From contig JAMCUI010000007.1 in the NCBI GenBank assembly GCA_023379265.1, positions 14,780 to 78,779 on the forward strand: 64,000 nt of DNA. The letters run 5' to 3'. Each line of letters begins with the position of its first letter. The stretch's first letter is position 1. This DNA is from Patescibacteria group bacterium. GTDB taxonomy: Bacteria > Patescibacteriota > Microgenomatia > 2-02-FULL-39-11. The position numbers were made by a program, and so were the translations under genes. Of this stretch, positions 27,604 through 38,377 are shown one piece after another. Under the pieces are notes generated by a model. That model had not been told where the DNA came from, did not search any database, and worked only from the letters and a program-made list of their open reading frames with translations.

Positions 27604-28161
27604 ATGAATACACCTATTACTATTCCCGAAGTAAGAAACATTACCGTCTCAGGACACGCAGCAAGTGGCGCCACCACCCTTTCCAAAGCGCTTGGTGAAA
27701 AACTTGGTTGGCAGGTGATAAACGGAGGAGAAATTTACCGCGAGTACGCCAGGAAAAACGGCATACCTCTGGAACAAACCGGTCAATCTTCTGATGAATA
27801 CCATCTACAACTGGACAATTTCATCAAAGAAAAATTAAAAAAGGAGAAAAACCTTATTGTAGAATCATGGCTTTCCGGTTTTGATGCCAAAAATATAGAA
27901 GGCGTCTTTAAAATATTCGTCACTTGCTCAGACGATTCACTCCGGGCAAAAAGAATTGTTAAGAGGGATAAAATGTCTCTTGAAAAAGCAATAATTCATC
28001 TGAAAACCCGAGAAGGGGAAAACCTGAAAAAATGGGATAAGCTGTATCACTCAAGAGAGTTCTGGAATCCTAAAATATACAACATTGTCATTGATACTTA
28101 TAAAACCAATCCTACTGAAACACTCAATCTCGCTTTAGTAGCACTTGGGGTAACCGGGTAA
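27604..28161 (+). CDS. cmk: Cytidylate kinase-like protein (archaeal/CPR type)
   Basis: ITVSGHAASGATT P-loop variant, GGEIYR, ESWLSGF, IVIDT; promoter TTGAGA-17-TAATAT ends 6 nt before the ATG. Confidence 0.7.
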   Translation: MNTPITIPEVRNITVSGHAASGATTLSKALGEKLGWQVINGGEIYREYARKNGIPLEQTGQSSDEYHLQLDNFIKEKLKKEKNLIVESWLSGFDAKNIEGVFKIFVTCSDDSLRAKRIVKRDKMSLEKAIIHLKTREGENLKKWDKLYHSREFWNPKIYNIVIDTYKTNPTETLNLALVALGVTG

Positions 28162-28234
28162 AAAACGAGGAAGGTGAAAATTTTGTCTGAAAATTTCCAA
28201 TACAAGCTTTTGATGTAAAAGGATTGTTCAAAAT

Positions 28235-29719
28235 TTACTGAGGTTTGTTCAGAACTATGGGTTTGAGACGAGACATGGCTTCAAGCGTATAACGTATCCC
28301 CTGGACCCCTGAGCCGCTTCCCTTTATCCCAAGAAAAGGAAAATGGTCAGGACCTCTTTGAGGTTTACTGTTTATCTGAACTGTACCTACATCAACAATT
28401 TGGGCCAACTTTATACCAGCCCCCTCATCACTTGTAAAAACTGATGCCTGCAGACCGTAATTTGACTCTCTTATGATTTTTACCGCTTCATCTACTGAAT
28501 TTATTCTTATAAAAGAGACAACTGGCCCGAATGTTTCTGTCTGAATTATCTCCATTGACGATTTTACCATATCTAATATCGTAGGCTCTATATACCTACC
28601 ATCTCTTTTTCCACCTACCACAACCTTTGCACCATCGGCTTTGGCTTTCAATATTCTTTTTTCAATAGTCTGGGCAGAACTATCTGAAATGACCGGACCC
28701 ATGTTGAATTTTTCTTCCCTAGGATCACCCATTTTCATTATTTCTTTTGTTTTTACAACCACAAGCGGCAGGAGTTCATCAATCGTAGAAGACATCCCCA
28801 ATACATACTTTATGGCGGTACATCTTTGACCGGCAAAAGAAAAAGCGCCTTTGACTATTTCGGTTGCAGTAAACTGTAAGTCAGCATCAGGCAATACAAT
28901 TGCCGGATTATTTCCACCGCACTCAAAAAGTATTGGAATCATACCTATTTCTTCAGCAATTGATTTACCCACTTGTGAAGAACCGGTAAACGTAACCATG
29001 TCAATTCCCTGATGAACACAAAGATAATTGCCTGTATCTTCTCCTCTACCGGTTACAATCACTATCAATCCTTTAGGCAATCCTGCCTGATAAAAAATTT
29101 GGGCAAGGTGCAAACCGGATATACCACCTTGTGAAGGAGGCTTAAAGACGACCGCATTTCCCATTATAAGTGCTGGGGCAATCTTTGAAACGGCAAGATT
29201 TACCGGGTAGTTAAAAGGAGCAATTGCCAAAACGGTTCCCAAAGGCACGCGTTCCACTATCGCCATTTTCGTCTGATCATATCCCGGAAATACCTCGCCT
29301 GATAACTCCTCACCAGTCACATGTAATCCTTCATTGGCAAAGTAATCTATCATGTCTGCACTTCTTAAAATTTCATCCTTTGCTTCTGAAAAAGGTTTAC
29401 CTATTTCTCTTATAAGTGTTGTAGTAAGATAATGCTCATGCTGCCTTATCCAGTCAGCGGCAAGATGTAATATTTTTGCCCTTTTTATCATGGGAATGGA
29501 CTTCCACGAAAGTTGTGCTTCTTTCGCTCTGTCAATCGCCTGGTCAATCTCTGAATGGGAAACTTCTTGTATTTTCCCCATGACTTTGCCGTCAATCGGT
29601 GAAACAACGTCGATGGTTTTTCCTGAAAGCGAAACTGTCCATTTCTCTCCGTCAAAATAGTTGTATGTAGCCGGAGATTTGCCGTCAGCGATTTCCGAAA
29701 AATAATTATTGTATGCCAT
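28235..29719 (-). CDS. gapN: Non-phosphorylating NADP-dependent glyceraldehyde-3-phosphate dehydrogenase (ALDH family)
   Basis: PFNYPVNL, FTGS, ECGG, GQRCTA, RGPDHFPFLG (GapN-type C-terminal motif). Confidence 0.82.
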   Translation of the reverse strand: MAYNNYFSEIADGKSPATYNYFDGEKWTVSLSGKTIDVVSPIDGKVMGKIQEVSHSEIDQAIDRAKEAQLSWKSIPMIKRAKILHLAADWIRQHEHYLTTTLIREIGKPFSEAKDEILRSADMIDYFANEGLHVTGEELSGEVFPGYDQTKMAIVERVPLGTVLAIAPFNYPVNLAVSKIAPALIMGNAVVFKPPSQGGISGLHLAQIFYQAGLPKGLIVIVTGRGEDTGNYLCVHQGIDMVTFTGSSQVGKSIAEEIGMIPILFECGGNNPAIVLPDADLQFTATEIVKGAFSFAGQRCTAIKYVLGMSSTIDELLPLVVVKTKEIMKMGDPREEKFNMGPVISDSSAQTIEKRILKAKADGAKVVVGGKRDGRYIEPTILDMVKSSMEIIQTETFGPVVSFIRINSVDEAVKIIRESNYGLQASVFTSDEGAGIKLAQIVDVGTVQINSKPQRGPDHFPFLGIKGSGSGVQGIRYTLEAMSRLKPIVLNKPQ

Positions 29720-29745
29720 ATTACACTACGATAGCAAAAAGGGTA

Positions 29746-30207
29746 TTATCGTACAACCTTAATCCCGCCTGATTCCAACATGATAGTCACCGGTCCGTCA
29801 TTAACCAAACTAATATTCATATAAGCCCCAAATTCGCCAGTTGCTACTTTCCGCACACCCAAATCTTTTAATTTTTTAATAAAAGACTCATAAAGAATTT
29901 TTGCTCTTTCCGGTTTGCCCGCTTTTATGAAAGAAGGTCTTCGACCCACACCAGTATCGGCATATAAAGTGAATTGCGATACCACCAATATCTCACCGTT
30001 TACATCCAAAATAGACAAATTCATCCTGTCTTCTGCATCACTCATAATCCGCAAATTTACAGTTTTTTCGGCTAATACATCTGAATCTCCTTCATAATCT
30101 CCCTCTTTTACTCCCAATAAAATTAGATAACCTTTTCCTATTTCTCCTACAATTTTATTGCCAATATAAACTTTTGCAGAGGTTACCCTTTGGATAAGTA
30201 CGCGCAT
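29746..30207 (-). CDS. dtd: D-aminoacyl-tRNA deacylase
   Basis: MRVLIQRV, VSQFTL, GRRPSF, NDGPVT. Confidence 0.95.
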   Translation of the reverse strand: MRVLIQRVTSAKVYIGNKIVGEIGKGYLILLGVKEGDYEGDSDVLAEKTVNLRIMSDAEDRMNLSILDVNGEILVVSQFTLYADTGVGRRPSFIKAGKPERAKILYESFIKKLKDLGVRKVATGEFGAYMNISLVNDGPVTIMLESGGIKVVR

Positions 30208-30208
30208 T

Positions 30209-31225
30209 TTAGTTGGTAAATTCCTGTACAAACATTTCCCCATAAATTCCGCCATCCATTACCCCTACGCCCACTTTATGGAATTCTGGAGAAAGTATGT
30301 TTGCACGGTGTCCGGGACTGTTCATAAGACCCTGAAAGGCTAAATCCACATTTGGCGCTAGCGCCAAATTTTCTCCTGCGGAAAGAAAACTTATTCCTGC
30401 TTTTTGCATCCGGTCAAAGGGAGATTGTCCTTCCGGATTGTAATGGGAGAAATATCCCCTAGCAAACATGTCTTTGGCGTACGCGCGAGCAAGATCCCGC
30501 AACCTATAATCAAGAGACAATCCCCTCAAACCGTTCTGCACCCGAGCCTGATTTACCAAATTCAGCATTGTAGTCTCAGCAGTTTCATCAACGGAAACAT
30601 TCTTTTGTGTAAAGTTTAGATTGACTTTTTCCTCTGATTGGGGATTTGGATTTATAGTGATGAAATTAAGAGTCTCGTTTACTGCCTGTCCAAAAACAAT
30701 ATTAAGAGTACTTTCGATACCTTGAGTTTTGGCAACCAGGATTCCACCAATCCTTGATGAGATAATATCTTTTTTTACACTTCCTTTTATGGGCAAAGCG
30801 ATCAGAAGAGTCAGTATAAAAGCTACAAATATGACCGCTTCCCCCATTGCAGGAATAAGTCCTAATGCTTTATTGACCAGGATGGAATATGAGTAAAGTT
30901 TCTGTTTTTTTAACCCGTCAATAAACTTGGGATATACTTTGCCGTATAAAAAATTTATTAGTGTGGAAAAAACCAGTTCAAATATAAACCCAACAAGTAA
31001 AAATCCTGCAGCATTGGCAATTCCACGGGATAGGGAAAAATTGCTCACAATAAGATCAGCAACAATATTGTAAAATTTCAAGGATCCGATAAATGAAAGC
31101 AAAAATCCTCCCAAATCCACCAATCCCAAAAGCAAACCTCTCCCCCATCCCTCAAGAAGATAAAAAATAAAAACTAGAATTATGATTAGGTCTACCCAAT
31201 TACCATGTAGAGAAAAATTTTGCAT
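30209..31225 (-). CDS. CvpA-family membrane domain fused to a CAP/SCP domain
   Basis: N-terminal NWVDLII...GWGRG TMs; C-terminal LVNQAR, YFSH, GENLA, MNSPGHRANIL, VQEF. Confidence 0.85.
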   Translation of the reverse strand: MQNFSLHGNWVDLIIILVFIFYLLEGWGRGLLLGLVDLGGFLLSFIGSLKFYNIVADLIVSNFSLSRGIANAAGFLLVGFIFELVFSTLINFLYGKVYPKFIDGLKKQKLYSYSILVNKALGLIPAMGEAVIFVAFILTLLIALPIKGSVKKDIISSRIGGILVAKTQGIESTLNIVFGQAVNETLNFITINPNPQSEEKVNLNFTQKNVSVDETAETTMLNLVNQARVQNGLRGLSLDYRLRDLARAYAKDMFARGYFSHYNPEGQSPFDRMQKAGISFLSAGENLALAPNVDLAFQGLMNSPGHRANILSPEFHKVGVGVMDGGIYGEMFVQEFTN

Positions 31226-31377
31226 ATAGACCGTAACAAACAAACCAATAGTTATCCATATACAACCTTGCTATTTCCATGGAGAAATCTGCTCTGTATA
31301 TTACATTAAGGAACTACACGTATTGATAACAAATCTAAAATCCGTCCGGATAATATTGTATAATAAAAAACCCTTTT

Positions 31378-33627
31378 ATGAAAAACGGAATTTTTGTGAA
31401 AGCCGGAAAACTGAAGTCAAAGCAGATATTCTACAAAAAGAAATTCATTTTTATTATTGTAGTGGCTATGTTATGCCTATCGTCGATTTATTACCTTTTT
31501 TCTATATTAAAGGATTTACCTTCTCCTACCAAACTTTCTCTTCGGGAAGTCCCTCAAACGACAAAAATTTTTGACAGAAACGGTACCCTTTTATACAACA
31601 TATATGCCAACCAGAATAGGACATTAGTAAAACTAGCAGTTATTCCAATCTCCCTCCGAGAGGCAACTATAGCTATTGAGGATAAAGATTTTTATAAACA
31701 TGGCGGCATAGATCCCATAGGTGGAATCATAAGAGCAGTACGTGACACTCTGTTACGCAGACAACTTCAAGGAGGTTCTACTATAACTCAACAACTGGTC
31801 AAAAATGCTCTTTTAACACCTGAACGAACCGTTACAAGAAAAATTAGAGAAATTATTCTCTCATACTGGACTGAAAAATTGTATTCCAAGGACCAAATTC
31901 TTGAAATGTATCTCAATCAGGTCCCCTATGGCGGTACAGCCTGGGGGATAGAAGCTGCCGCCCAAACTTATTTTGGCATACACGCTAAAGATCTTGATCT
32001 GGCACAATCTACTCTTCTTGCTGGCCTACCACAAGCTCCGACAATTTATTCTCCTTTCGGAGCTCATCCTGAATACGCTATCCAACGACAAAGGGAAGTA
32101 CTACAAAGAATGGTTGATGATGGATACATTGGAAAAGATCAGATGGAAAAAGCCGAAAACGAAATTTTACATTTCCGCCCCCAACAGACAGACATTAAAG
32201 CTCCACACTTTGTAATGTATATCAAAGAACAATTGGTGAATAAATATGGTGAAAAAATAGTCGAACAGGGAGGGTTGAAAGTCACAACCACACTTGACCT
32301 TCCTCTTCAAGAAATGGCCCAGGACACTGTTGCCAGTGAAGTAGCGAAACTGAAAGCCTTAAACGTCAGCAATGGAGCCGTTGTAATAACAAGACCTACA
32401 ACCGGGGAAATTCTGGCTATGGTAGGTTCAAAAGATTATTTTGCCTCTGATTCTGGAAATTTCAACGTCACGACTGCTCTTCGACAACCAGGATCTTCAA
32501 TCAAACCTATAAACTATGCCATCGGTCTGGAATCACATAAAGTCACTGCATCCACGGTTTTTCTTGACACTCCCACTTGTTTTGACGTAGCTGGACAAAA
32601 GCCGTATTGTCCGGTAAATTATGACGGTAAATTCCACGGACCAGTGCAACTCCGCTTTGCTCTGGGAAATTCCATAAATATACCTGCGGTAAAAATGATG
32701 GCCGTCAACAGTGTTAAAACCATGATAGCAACGGCCTCTGCCATGGGTATCACTACCTATAAAGACCCATCAAAATATGGACTGTCTTTGACTTTGGGGG
32801 GAGGAGATGTCACTATGCTTGATATGGCCCAAGCTTATGGAGTCTTTGCAAACACCGGTATTAGGCGCGATCTAATCTCAATTCTGAAAGTAGAGGATAA
32901 TAATGGAAAAACACTGGAAGAATATAAAGATCCTAATTTCGTCAAAGATGTGGAAAAACCGTTAAACTACCCTTCTTCTATACTTATTTCAGGTCCAAGA
33001 ATTTTTTCCATGGAAACGTCATTTCTTATTTCACACATTCTTCTTGATAATAACGCCCGCACTATGGAATTTGGCCCCGACTCTGCCCTTGTCATACCGA
33101 AACATGCCGTTTCCGTCAAAACCGGTACGACTGATGATAAACGTGACAACTGGACAATAGGCTATACTCCGAATTTTCTGGTAGCCACATGGGTAGGCAA
33201 TAATGACAATTCTCCGATGAATCCGTTTCTTGCATCGGGTATAACGGGAGCTGCTCCAATATGGAACAAAGTGATGACGTCCGTTTTAAAAAATCAGCCC
33301 GATATTTGGCCTCGACAACCGGACGGTATAGTCGGGGCGCAAATTTGCTCATTATCAGGACTGACACCTCCAAATTCCGATCCCAACGCTTCAGATAAAG
33401 GTTGTGCAACACGTTATGAGTATTTCATAAAAGGAACGGTCCCAACCGAACCAGAACATCTTGAGCAAACTATTGCCGTTGACAAAACTACGCATAAAAT
33501 GGCTTCGCCTAATCAGACAGATAACGTTTCCATGGAACAACACCAGGTCGTGTCTGATATGTTTGGTAAATATTGTCTTGACTGTTCTCATGATGGAGGC
33601 GATCCAATAACTAACATAAAACTTTGA
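31378..33627 (+). CDS. Class A penicillin-binding protein (PBP1A family)
   Basis: EDKDFYKH, GGSTITQQL, RKIRE, YLNQ, QPGSSIKP, SIN, KTGT. Confidence 0.95.
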   Translation: MKNGIFVKAGKLKSKQIFYKKKFIFIIVVAMLCLSSIYYLFSILKDLPSPTKLSLREVPQTTKIFDRNGTLLYNIYANQNRTLVKLAVIPISLREATIAIEDKDFYKHGGIDPIGGIIRAVRDTLLRRQLQGGSTITQQLVKNALLTPERTVTRKIREIILSYWTEKLYSKDQILEMYLNQVPYGGTAWGIEAAAQTYFGIHAKDLDLAQSTLLAGLPQAPTIYSPFGAHPEYAIQRQREVLQRMVDDGYIGKDQMEKAENEILHFRPQQTDIKAPHFVMYIKEQLVNKYGEKIVEQGGLKVTTTLDLPLQEMAQDTVASEVAKLKALNVSNGAVVITRPTTGEILAMVGSKDYFASDSGNFNVTTALRQPGSSIKPINYAIGLESHKVTASTVFLDTPTCFDVAGQKPYCPVNYDGKFHGPVQLRFALGNSINIPAVKMMAVNSVKTMIATASAMGITTYKDPSKYGLSLTLGGGDVTMLDMAQAYGVFANTGIRRDLISILKVEDNNGKTLEEYKDPNFVKDVEKPLNYPSSILISGPRIFSMETSFLISHILLDNNARTMEFGPDSALVIPKHAVSVKTGTTDDKRDNWTIGYTPNFLVATWVGNNDNSPMNPFLASGITGAAPIWNKVMTSVLKNQPDIWPRQPDGIVGAQICSLSGLTPPNSDPNASDKGCATRYEYFIKGTVPTEPEHLEQTIAVDKTTHKMASPNQTDNVSMEQHQVVSDMFGKYCLDCSHDGGDPITNIKL

Positions 33628-33752
33628 TCTCATACGCTAATAAACACCTCATCAACTGTTCTCACGAAATAGGAAATCTAGTAAATAATATTAGTCTTTA
33701 ACTTTCCCCTCACTCTTTACACACCCTATAATGTGTGATATATTTTCTCACC

Positions 33753-36110
33753 ATGGTAAAAAGACCGTCACAACGTGATTATAAGACGAATAAAACAAAT
33801 GTTTTAGCCTTAATCTTTCTCTTACCGATATTATTCCTAAAATGGATCGGTGACCTCATTATTTTCCCATTCAAAAAAATACCATCACTTGTCTATAAGA
33901 CCTATATTATTTTGGGGGCATCAATAAGTAAAATACTGATCTTGCTCAAACTTTCCTTGGCAAAGATTAAATTCAAACCGCCAGCTATAAAAGTAAAACC
34001 ACAAACCAAACCCGTAATAATCTTTAGAAAAAGACATACTCTGGAAGACATAAGAGATAAAATCTCAATCTTACAGCAAAAAATTAACTCATTTCGTATT
34101 CCCTGGCCCTCCATGCAAAAATCCATAAAAATAAAAAGAGCGATAAAACTGCTGATTATTAAAATTAAATATTTTTTCCTTGGAGCGTTAGCGGTTGCCA
34201 TCATCGCAACCGCTTTAGAACTAAACAGTGAAATCCAGTCGCTGCCGAATCCTATTTTTCTTTCCAACCGTGCCGTACCCACTACCACAAAAATTTATGA
34301 TAGAAACGGAAAACTTTTATACGAAATTTATGCTGATGAAAACCGCACACCTGTCAAGCTGTCAGAAGTCCCGTTGATAGTTAAGGAAGCTACTGTTGCA
34401 GTAGAAGATAAAGGCTTTTATAACCACGGAGGTTTTTCTATCCCGGGAATTGTCAGGGCCGCTCTTCATGATATAAATTCATCCAATCTAGAAGGAGGTT
34501 CCACAATTACACAACAACTTGTCAGAAGCGCCCTTCTTACACCTGAAAAAACTTTTGAGAGAAAACTGAAAGAGATTGTTCTTTCTGTATGGGCAGAACA
34601 AATTTATTCCAAAGACCAGATTCTAGAAATGTATCTCAACCAGGTCCCTTACGGCGGGACTGCATGGGGAATAGAAGCTGCTTCAGAAACATATTTCGGT
34701 AAAAAGGTCCAAAATCTGACACTACCTCAAGCCGCACTTATAGCAGGGCTACCTGCAGCGCCAACGCTTTACTCCCCTTTTGGAACACGCCCTGAGCTTG
34801 CGAAAGTAAGACAGGAGGAAGTATTAGATGAAATGGTAAAAAGTGGTTACATTTCAGCTCAAGAAGCACAACAGGCAAAAAATGAACCTCTAAATCTACG
34901 AAAACCCTCAGTACCTATTGCAGCTCCACATTTTGTCATGTACGTCAAGGATTTACTGGAAGAACAATACGGACCCAGATTGGTAGAAATGGGAGGCCTG
35001 CGTGTCACAACAACACTTGACCTTTCCATACAGGAAATGGCGCAAAAAATCGTCACTAACAACATAGAAAATCTGAAATCGCTGAATGTAGGTAATGGAG
35101 CGGTGCTTATCACTGATCCAAAAAATGGGCAAATATTAGCTATGGTTGGATCAGCCAATTATTTTGATAAAAATTCCGACGGAAATGTAAATCTTACCAC
35201 AGCACTTCGTCAACCTGGTTCGTCAATAAAAGTTGTCAATTACGCTAAAGCTCTAAGCATGGGTTATACAGCTGCAACTATTATCAATGATTCACCGGTT
35301 ACATTCACTTCGCCAGGTGCGCCTTCTTACTCACCTGTAAACTACGATGGTAAATTCCATGGAAATGTACCTTTAAGGGTGGCATTGGCATCATCCTTTA
35401 ACATTCCAGCGGTTAAAGTTTTGACGGCAATTGGTGTAAAAAATATGATTGAACAGGGAAAACTTATGGGGATTACCACCTGGAACAATGACAGTCTTTA
35501 TGGTCTATCACTGACTCTTGGAGCAGCTGATGTCACAATGATTGACATGACCAAAGTCTATGGAACTTTGGCTGACAATGGAATAAAACATGATCTGACG
35601 CCTTTTTTGAAAATCGAAAACTACAGGGGAGAAATTCTTCCTTCTCCGATCACTGATAATGAGACACAGGCAGTATCACCTGGTATAAGCTTTATTCTTT
35701 CAAGTATATTATCCGACAACAACGCTCGAATCCCGGCTTTCGGCCCCAACTCGTCACTTGTCATCCCCGGTAAAACCGTAGCCGTCAAAACAGGCACCAG
35801 TGACAATAAAAGAGACAATTGGACAATAGGCTATACGCCCGATTATGTTGTTGCCGCATGGGTAGGCAATAATGACAATTCTCCGATGAATCCACTTCTC
35901 ACTTCGGGAATCACTGGCGCAGCTCCAATCTGGCACGACATCATGGTTAACCTGCTTTCAAATACCCCTGATAAACCATTCTCGCCACCGTCAGATATCA
36001 TTTCTATACCATGTTATGGACATATTGAATATTTTATCCAGGGCACAGAACCAAAAGGTGGCTGTATTCTACCTCCTACAAACATTCCCAAACCTACAGA
36101 TAAACAATAA
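33753..36110 (+). CDS. Class A penicillin-binding protein (PBP1A family), second paralog with long N-terminus
   Basis: EDKGFYNH, GGSTITQQL, RKLKE, QPGSSIK, SFN, KTGT. Confidence 0.95.
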   Translation: MVKRPSQRDYKTNKTNVLALIFLLPILFLKWIGDLIIFPFKKIPSLVYKTYIILGASISKILILLKLSLAKIKFKPPAIKVKPQTKPVIIFRKRHTLEDIRDKISILQQKINSFRIPWPSMQKSIKIKRAIKLLIIKIKYFFLGALAVAIIATALELNSEIQSLPNPIFLSNRAVPTTTKIYDRNGKLLYEIYADENRTPVKLSEVPLIVKEATVAVEDKGFYNHGGFSIPGIVRAALHDINSSNLEGGSTITQQLVRSALLTPEKTFERKLKEIVLSVWAEQIYSKDQILEMYLNQVPYGGTAWGIEAASETYFGKKVQNLTLPQAALIAGLPAAPTLYSPFGTRPELAKVRQEEVLDEMVKSGYISAQEAQQAKNEPLNLRKPSVPIAAPHFVMYVKDLLEEQYGPRLVEMGGLRVTTTLDLSIQEMAQKIVTNNIENLKSLNVGNGAVLITDPKNGQILAMVGSANYFDKNSDGNVNLTTALRQPGSSIKVVNYAKALSMGYTAATIINDSPVTFTSPGAPSYSPVNYDGKFHGNVPLRVALASSFNIPAVKVLTAIGVKNMIEQGKLMGITTWNNDSLYGLSLTLGAADVTMIDMTKVYGTLADNGIKHDLTPFLKIENYRGEILPSPITDNETQAVSPGISFILSSILSDNNARIPAFGPNSSLVIPGKTVAVKTGTSDNKRDNWTIGYTPDYVVAAWVGNNDNSPMNPLLTSGITGAAPIWHDIMVNLLSNTPDKPFSPPSDIISIPCYGHIEYFIQGTEPKGGCILPPTNIPKPTDKQ

Positions 36111-36125
36111 AACTACAAATCGAGT

Positions 36126-36650
36126 TTATTGTGTCACTTTCACCACACCAGTGTCTGACGGTAACATATGATTGTGATATCCCCAGTTTCCGACTTTTTC
36201 AAAAGTATAAGTATACGTTCCATCTTTCCCAATGCTGCTTAATTGATCAAATCCCGGCAAATCGGTATGAACCGGATGTGGATTTGAGGCTACCCACATC
36301 AGTGAACCGGTCTTATTTATCCAAGTAACTGATGTACCTATCTTTATATTAATGATATTTGGCACAAAACCATTATCAGTATAATCAACCGATTCTTTTA
36401 CCATAGATTGCCCTCTTTCTGAAGCCGAAGAAGAACCAGCAGCTGAACTTGAAGCGACAACGTTCTCGTTTTTTATAGTACTTGATGATCCTGAAGCGGT
36501 ATTTCGCATTACGTTTTGGACTCTTTCGGTCTCGTTTGTTGTACTAACGCTCATTTCGCTTTTTGACTGTTTACCTTTTACTGCAAAATATCCTGCAGCA
36601 ACCGCAAGTATCACCACTATCAACGCGATTACATAACTTTTAGAATTCAA
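36126..36650 (-). CDS. Membrane-anchored cupredoxin/plastocyanin-like protein
   Basis: TM, GFVPNII.IKIGTSVTW.N, HPVHT, WGYHNH...GVVKV. Confidence 0.75.
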   Translation of the reverse strand: MNSKSYVIALIVVILAVAAGYFAVKGKQSKSEMSVSTTNETERVQNVMRNTASGSSSTIKNENVVASSSAAGSSSASERGQSMVKESVDYTDNGFVPNIINIKIGTSVTWINKTGSLMWVASNPHPVHTDLPGFDQLSSIGKDGTYTYTFEKVGNWGYHNHMLPSDTGVVKVTQ

Positions 36651-36683
36651 GGTCTATCACCTCCCTCCGAAATAAATAGAGTT

Positions 36684-37163
36684 TCACGTGTGTCTATCTG
36701 CCACTTTTGACGCTCCGTAAGACTCAGGCTTTGTCTTTACCCTAAAACCTGAACCTCTTATCATTCCAACAATTTCAGTTATCATTTCTTTAGTCTCTCC
36801 CCTGTTACCAATATCAACATGTATCTCTACATCATACTTTGTAATCCCATCTTTCTCAAAAACATTCAGAAACTCGTCTGCAGCAACTAGAGATAAGGTT
36901 GCTTCTTTATAAATTCGGCTGCGCAAAACCATGTTTTTTACTTCAACAATCCTCTTCCAGAAATATATCCCTCCCGTTCCAATACGGTGTACCACAATTG
37001 CTGTAACAAAATCTATTCCTGACCCGTTTTTAGGCTGTGAATCTGTCCCTATTACAATCTGGTATTTTTCCTGAGGCAATTTTTCCATAAACTGGAGTAT
37101 TCTTTCACGAACTTCAGAGAGGTTTAACAGACCATATGTGACACTATTATACTGATTATTCAT
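36684..37163 (-). CDS. RNase H-like YkuK (DUF458) family protein
   Basis: IGTDSQ, TAIVVHR.G.GG, EIHVDIG..G.T, KPESYGAS.VAD. Confidence 0.85.
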   Translation of the reverse strand: MNNQYNSVTYGLLNLSEVRERILQFMEKLPQEKYQIVIGTDSQPKNGSGIDFVTAIVVHRIGTGGIYFWKRIVEVKNMVLRSRIYKEATLSLVAADEFLNVFEKDGITKYDVEIHVDIGNRGETKEMITEIVGMIRGSGFRVKTKPESYGASKVADRHT

Positions 37164-37336
37164 TTTTCTAATTTTCTCAAAGAGGTAGATAGCAAAACGT
37201 TTCCTATTCTACCACACAAATATAATTCATTGACAATTTTAGGTTCAGACTTTTATATCAAGCCAAAACTTGACAAACTGACCATATTAGTATATTATAG
37301 GCCGAATTTCCGCATTATTGCGGATTATATTTATAT

Positions 37337-37702
37337 ATGACTTCAAGCAGATTCATTCTTATATTTTTAGGATTTATTATCCTTATTATTGTTATACTTT
37401 CAAGTAGCCGAATAGCATCAACCCTAAGAGATAAGTTTGGCAACTTTATTCCTCCATCCTTAAGGCTGGCCCAAATTTCTCCTTCGCCTACACCGGTATT
37501 AACTCAAAAAACACCAACGCCTTCTGTCTATATGAAAGTTATATCGGGGGGCAATAATTCTTCAAACAATACTTTTTCCCGAAGCCGTACATCCTCACCT
37601 GAACAAATTCCGGCTACAGGCCCAGAAGATATAGCCTGGCTAATTTTGGGAGGCAGCTTTATTGCTGGAATCTCCCTTAAAAGAATTACTGCAAAGGTTT
37701 AA
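37337..37702 (+). CDS. Small exported protein with C-terminal IPATG + hydrophobic + basic tail
   Basis: N-terminal TM, P/T/S-rich linker, IPATGP-IAWLILGGSFIAGISL-KR; promoter TTGACA-17-TATTAT at 37270-37298. Confidence 0.7.
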   Translation: MTSSRFILIFLGFIILIIVILSSSRIASTLRDKFGNFIPPSLRLAQISPSPTPVLTQKTPTPSVYMKVISGGNNSSNNTFSRSRTSSPEQIPATGPEDIAWLILGGSFIAGISLKRITAKV

Positions 37703-37726
37703 TTTCTCCACACAAAGTCTAACTTC

Positions 37727-38332
37727 TCAATTAATCAATCTCAAAAATGTCAACAACATATAACCAGCAGGATATGACGAAGTTGTTGCTAAATGGGAAG
37801 ATGTTGAGGCGGGAATTACAGGAATTACTATTGATGAATTAGTTGCAATTGGTACGGATAATATCGGAGGAGAAGTCAATACTGGAGTTTCCTCTAAAGA
37901 GATTGTGGGCGTCACTTTCTGTAAAGTATTAACAAATCCTGGCAAATGCATATCAGTATTAACCTTAAAAAACGTAGTAAATAGAAGTGTGGTTACAGCA
38001 ATAAACAAAAAAAAAGTAAGAAGAAATATAAAATAAAACCATATAGGAATACCATCCCCTTTTGCATGAAGAAGTATTTTGGGATTCCTTTCGGGTGATT
38101 GCGAAAATACCGGAATTTGACTAGACGTTGTATTTTCACCAGCATACCACCTCGTCTGATCTGACTCAGTTGAAAAACTAGAGGCAATATCCTTACTTTC
38201 AGATTGATTATTGAGTTTAAAGTTGTCCACAATCACCGACTTATTTGTTAACTTATTTATTTCATTTTGATTTATTATCCTTTTTACGTCAAGCGATAAC
38301 CAATGCAATAAATCCATCCGTAACCTTGCCAA
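37727..38332 (-). CDS. Hypothetical membrane protein (start uncertain)
   Basis: Central TM (IPIWFYFIFLLTFFLFIAV), S/T/P-rich tail. Confidence 0.5.
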   Translation of the reverse strand: MARLRMDLLHWLSLDVKRIINQNEINKLTNKSVIVDNFKLNNQSESKDIASSFSTESDQTRWYAGENTTSSQIPVFSQSPERNPKILLHAKGDGIPIWFYFIFLLTFFLFIAVTTLLFTTFFKVNTDMHLPGFVNTLQKVTPTISLEETPVLTSPPILSVPIATNSSIVIPVIPASTSSHLATTSSYPAGYMLLTFLRLIN

Positions 38333-38377
38333 TTATCATATTTCCGAATATAATAATTTTGCCTCTGAAAAATTTTT

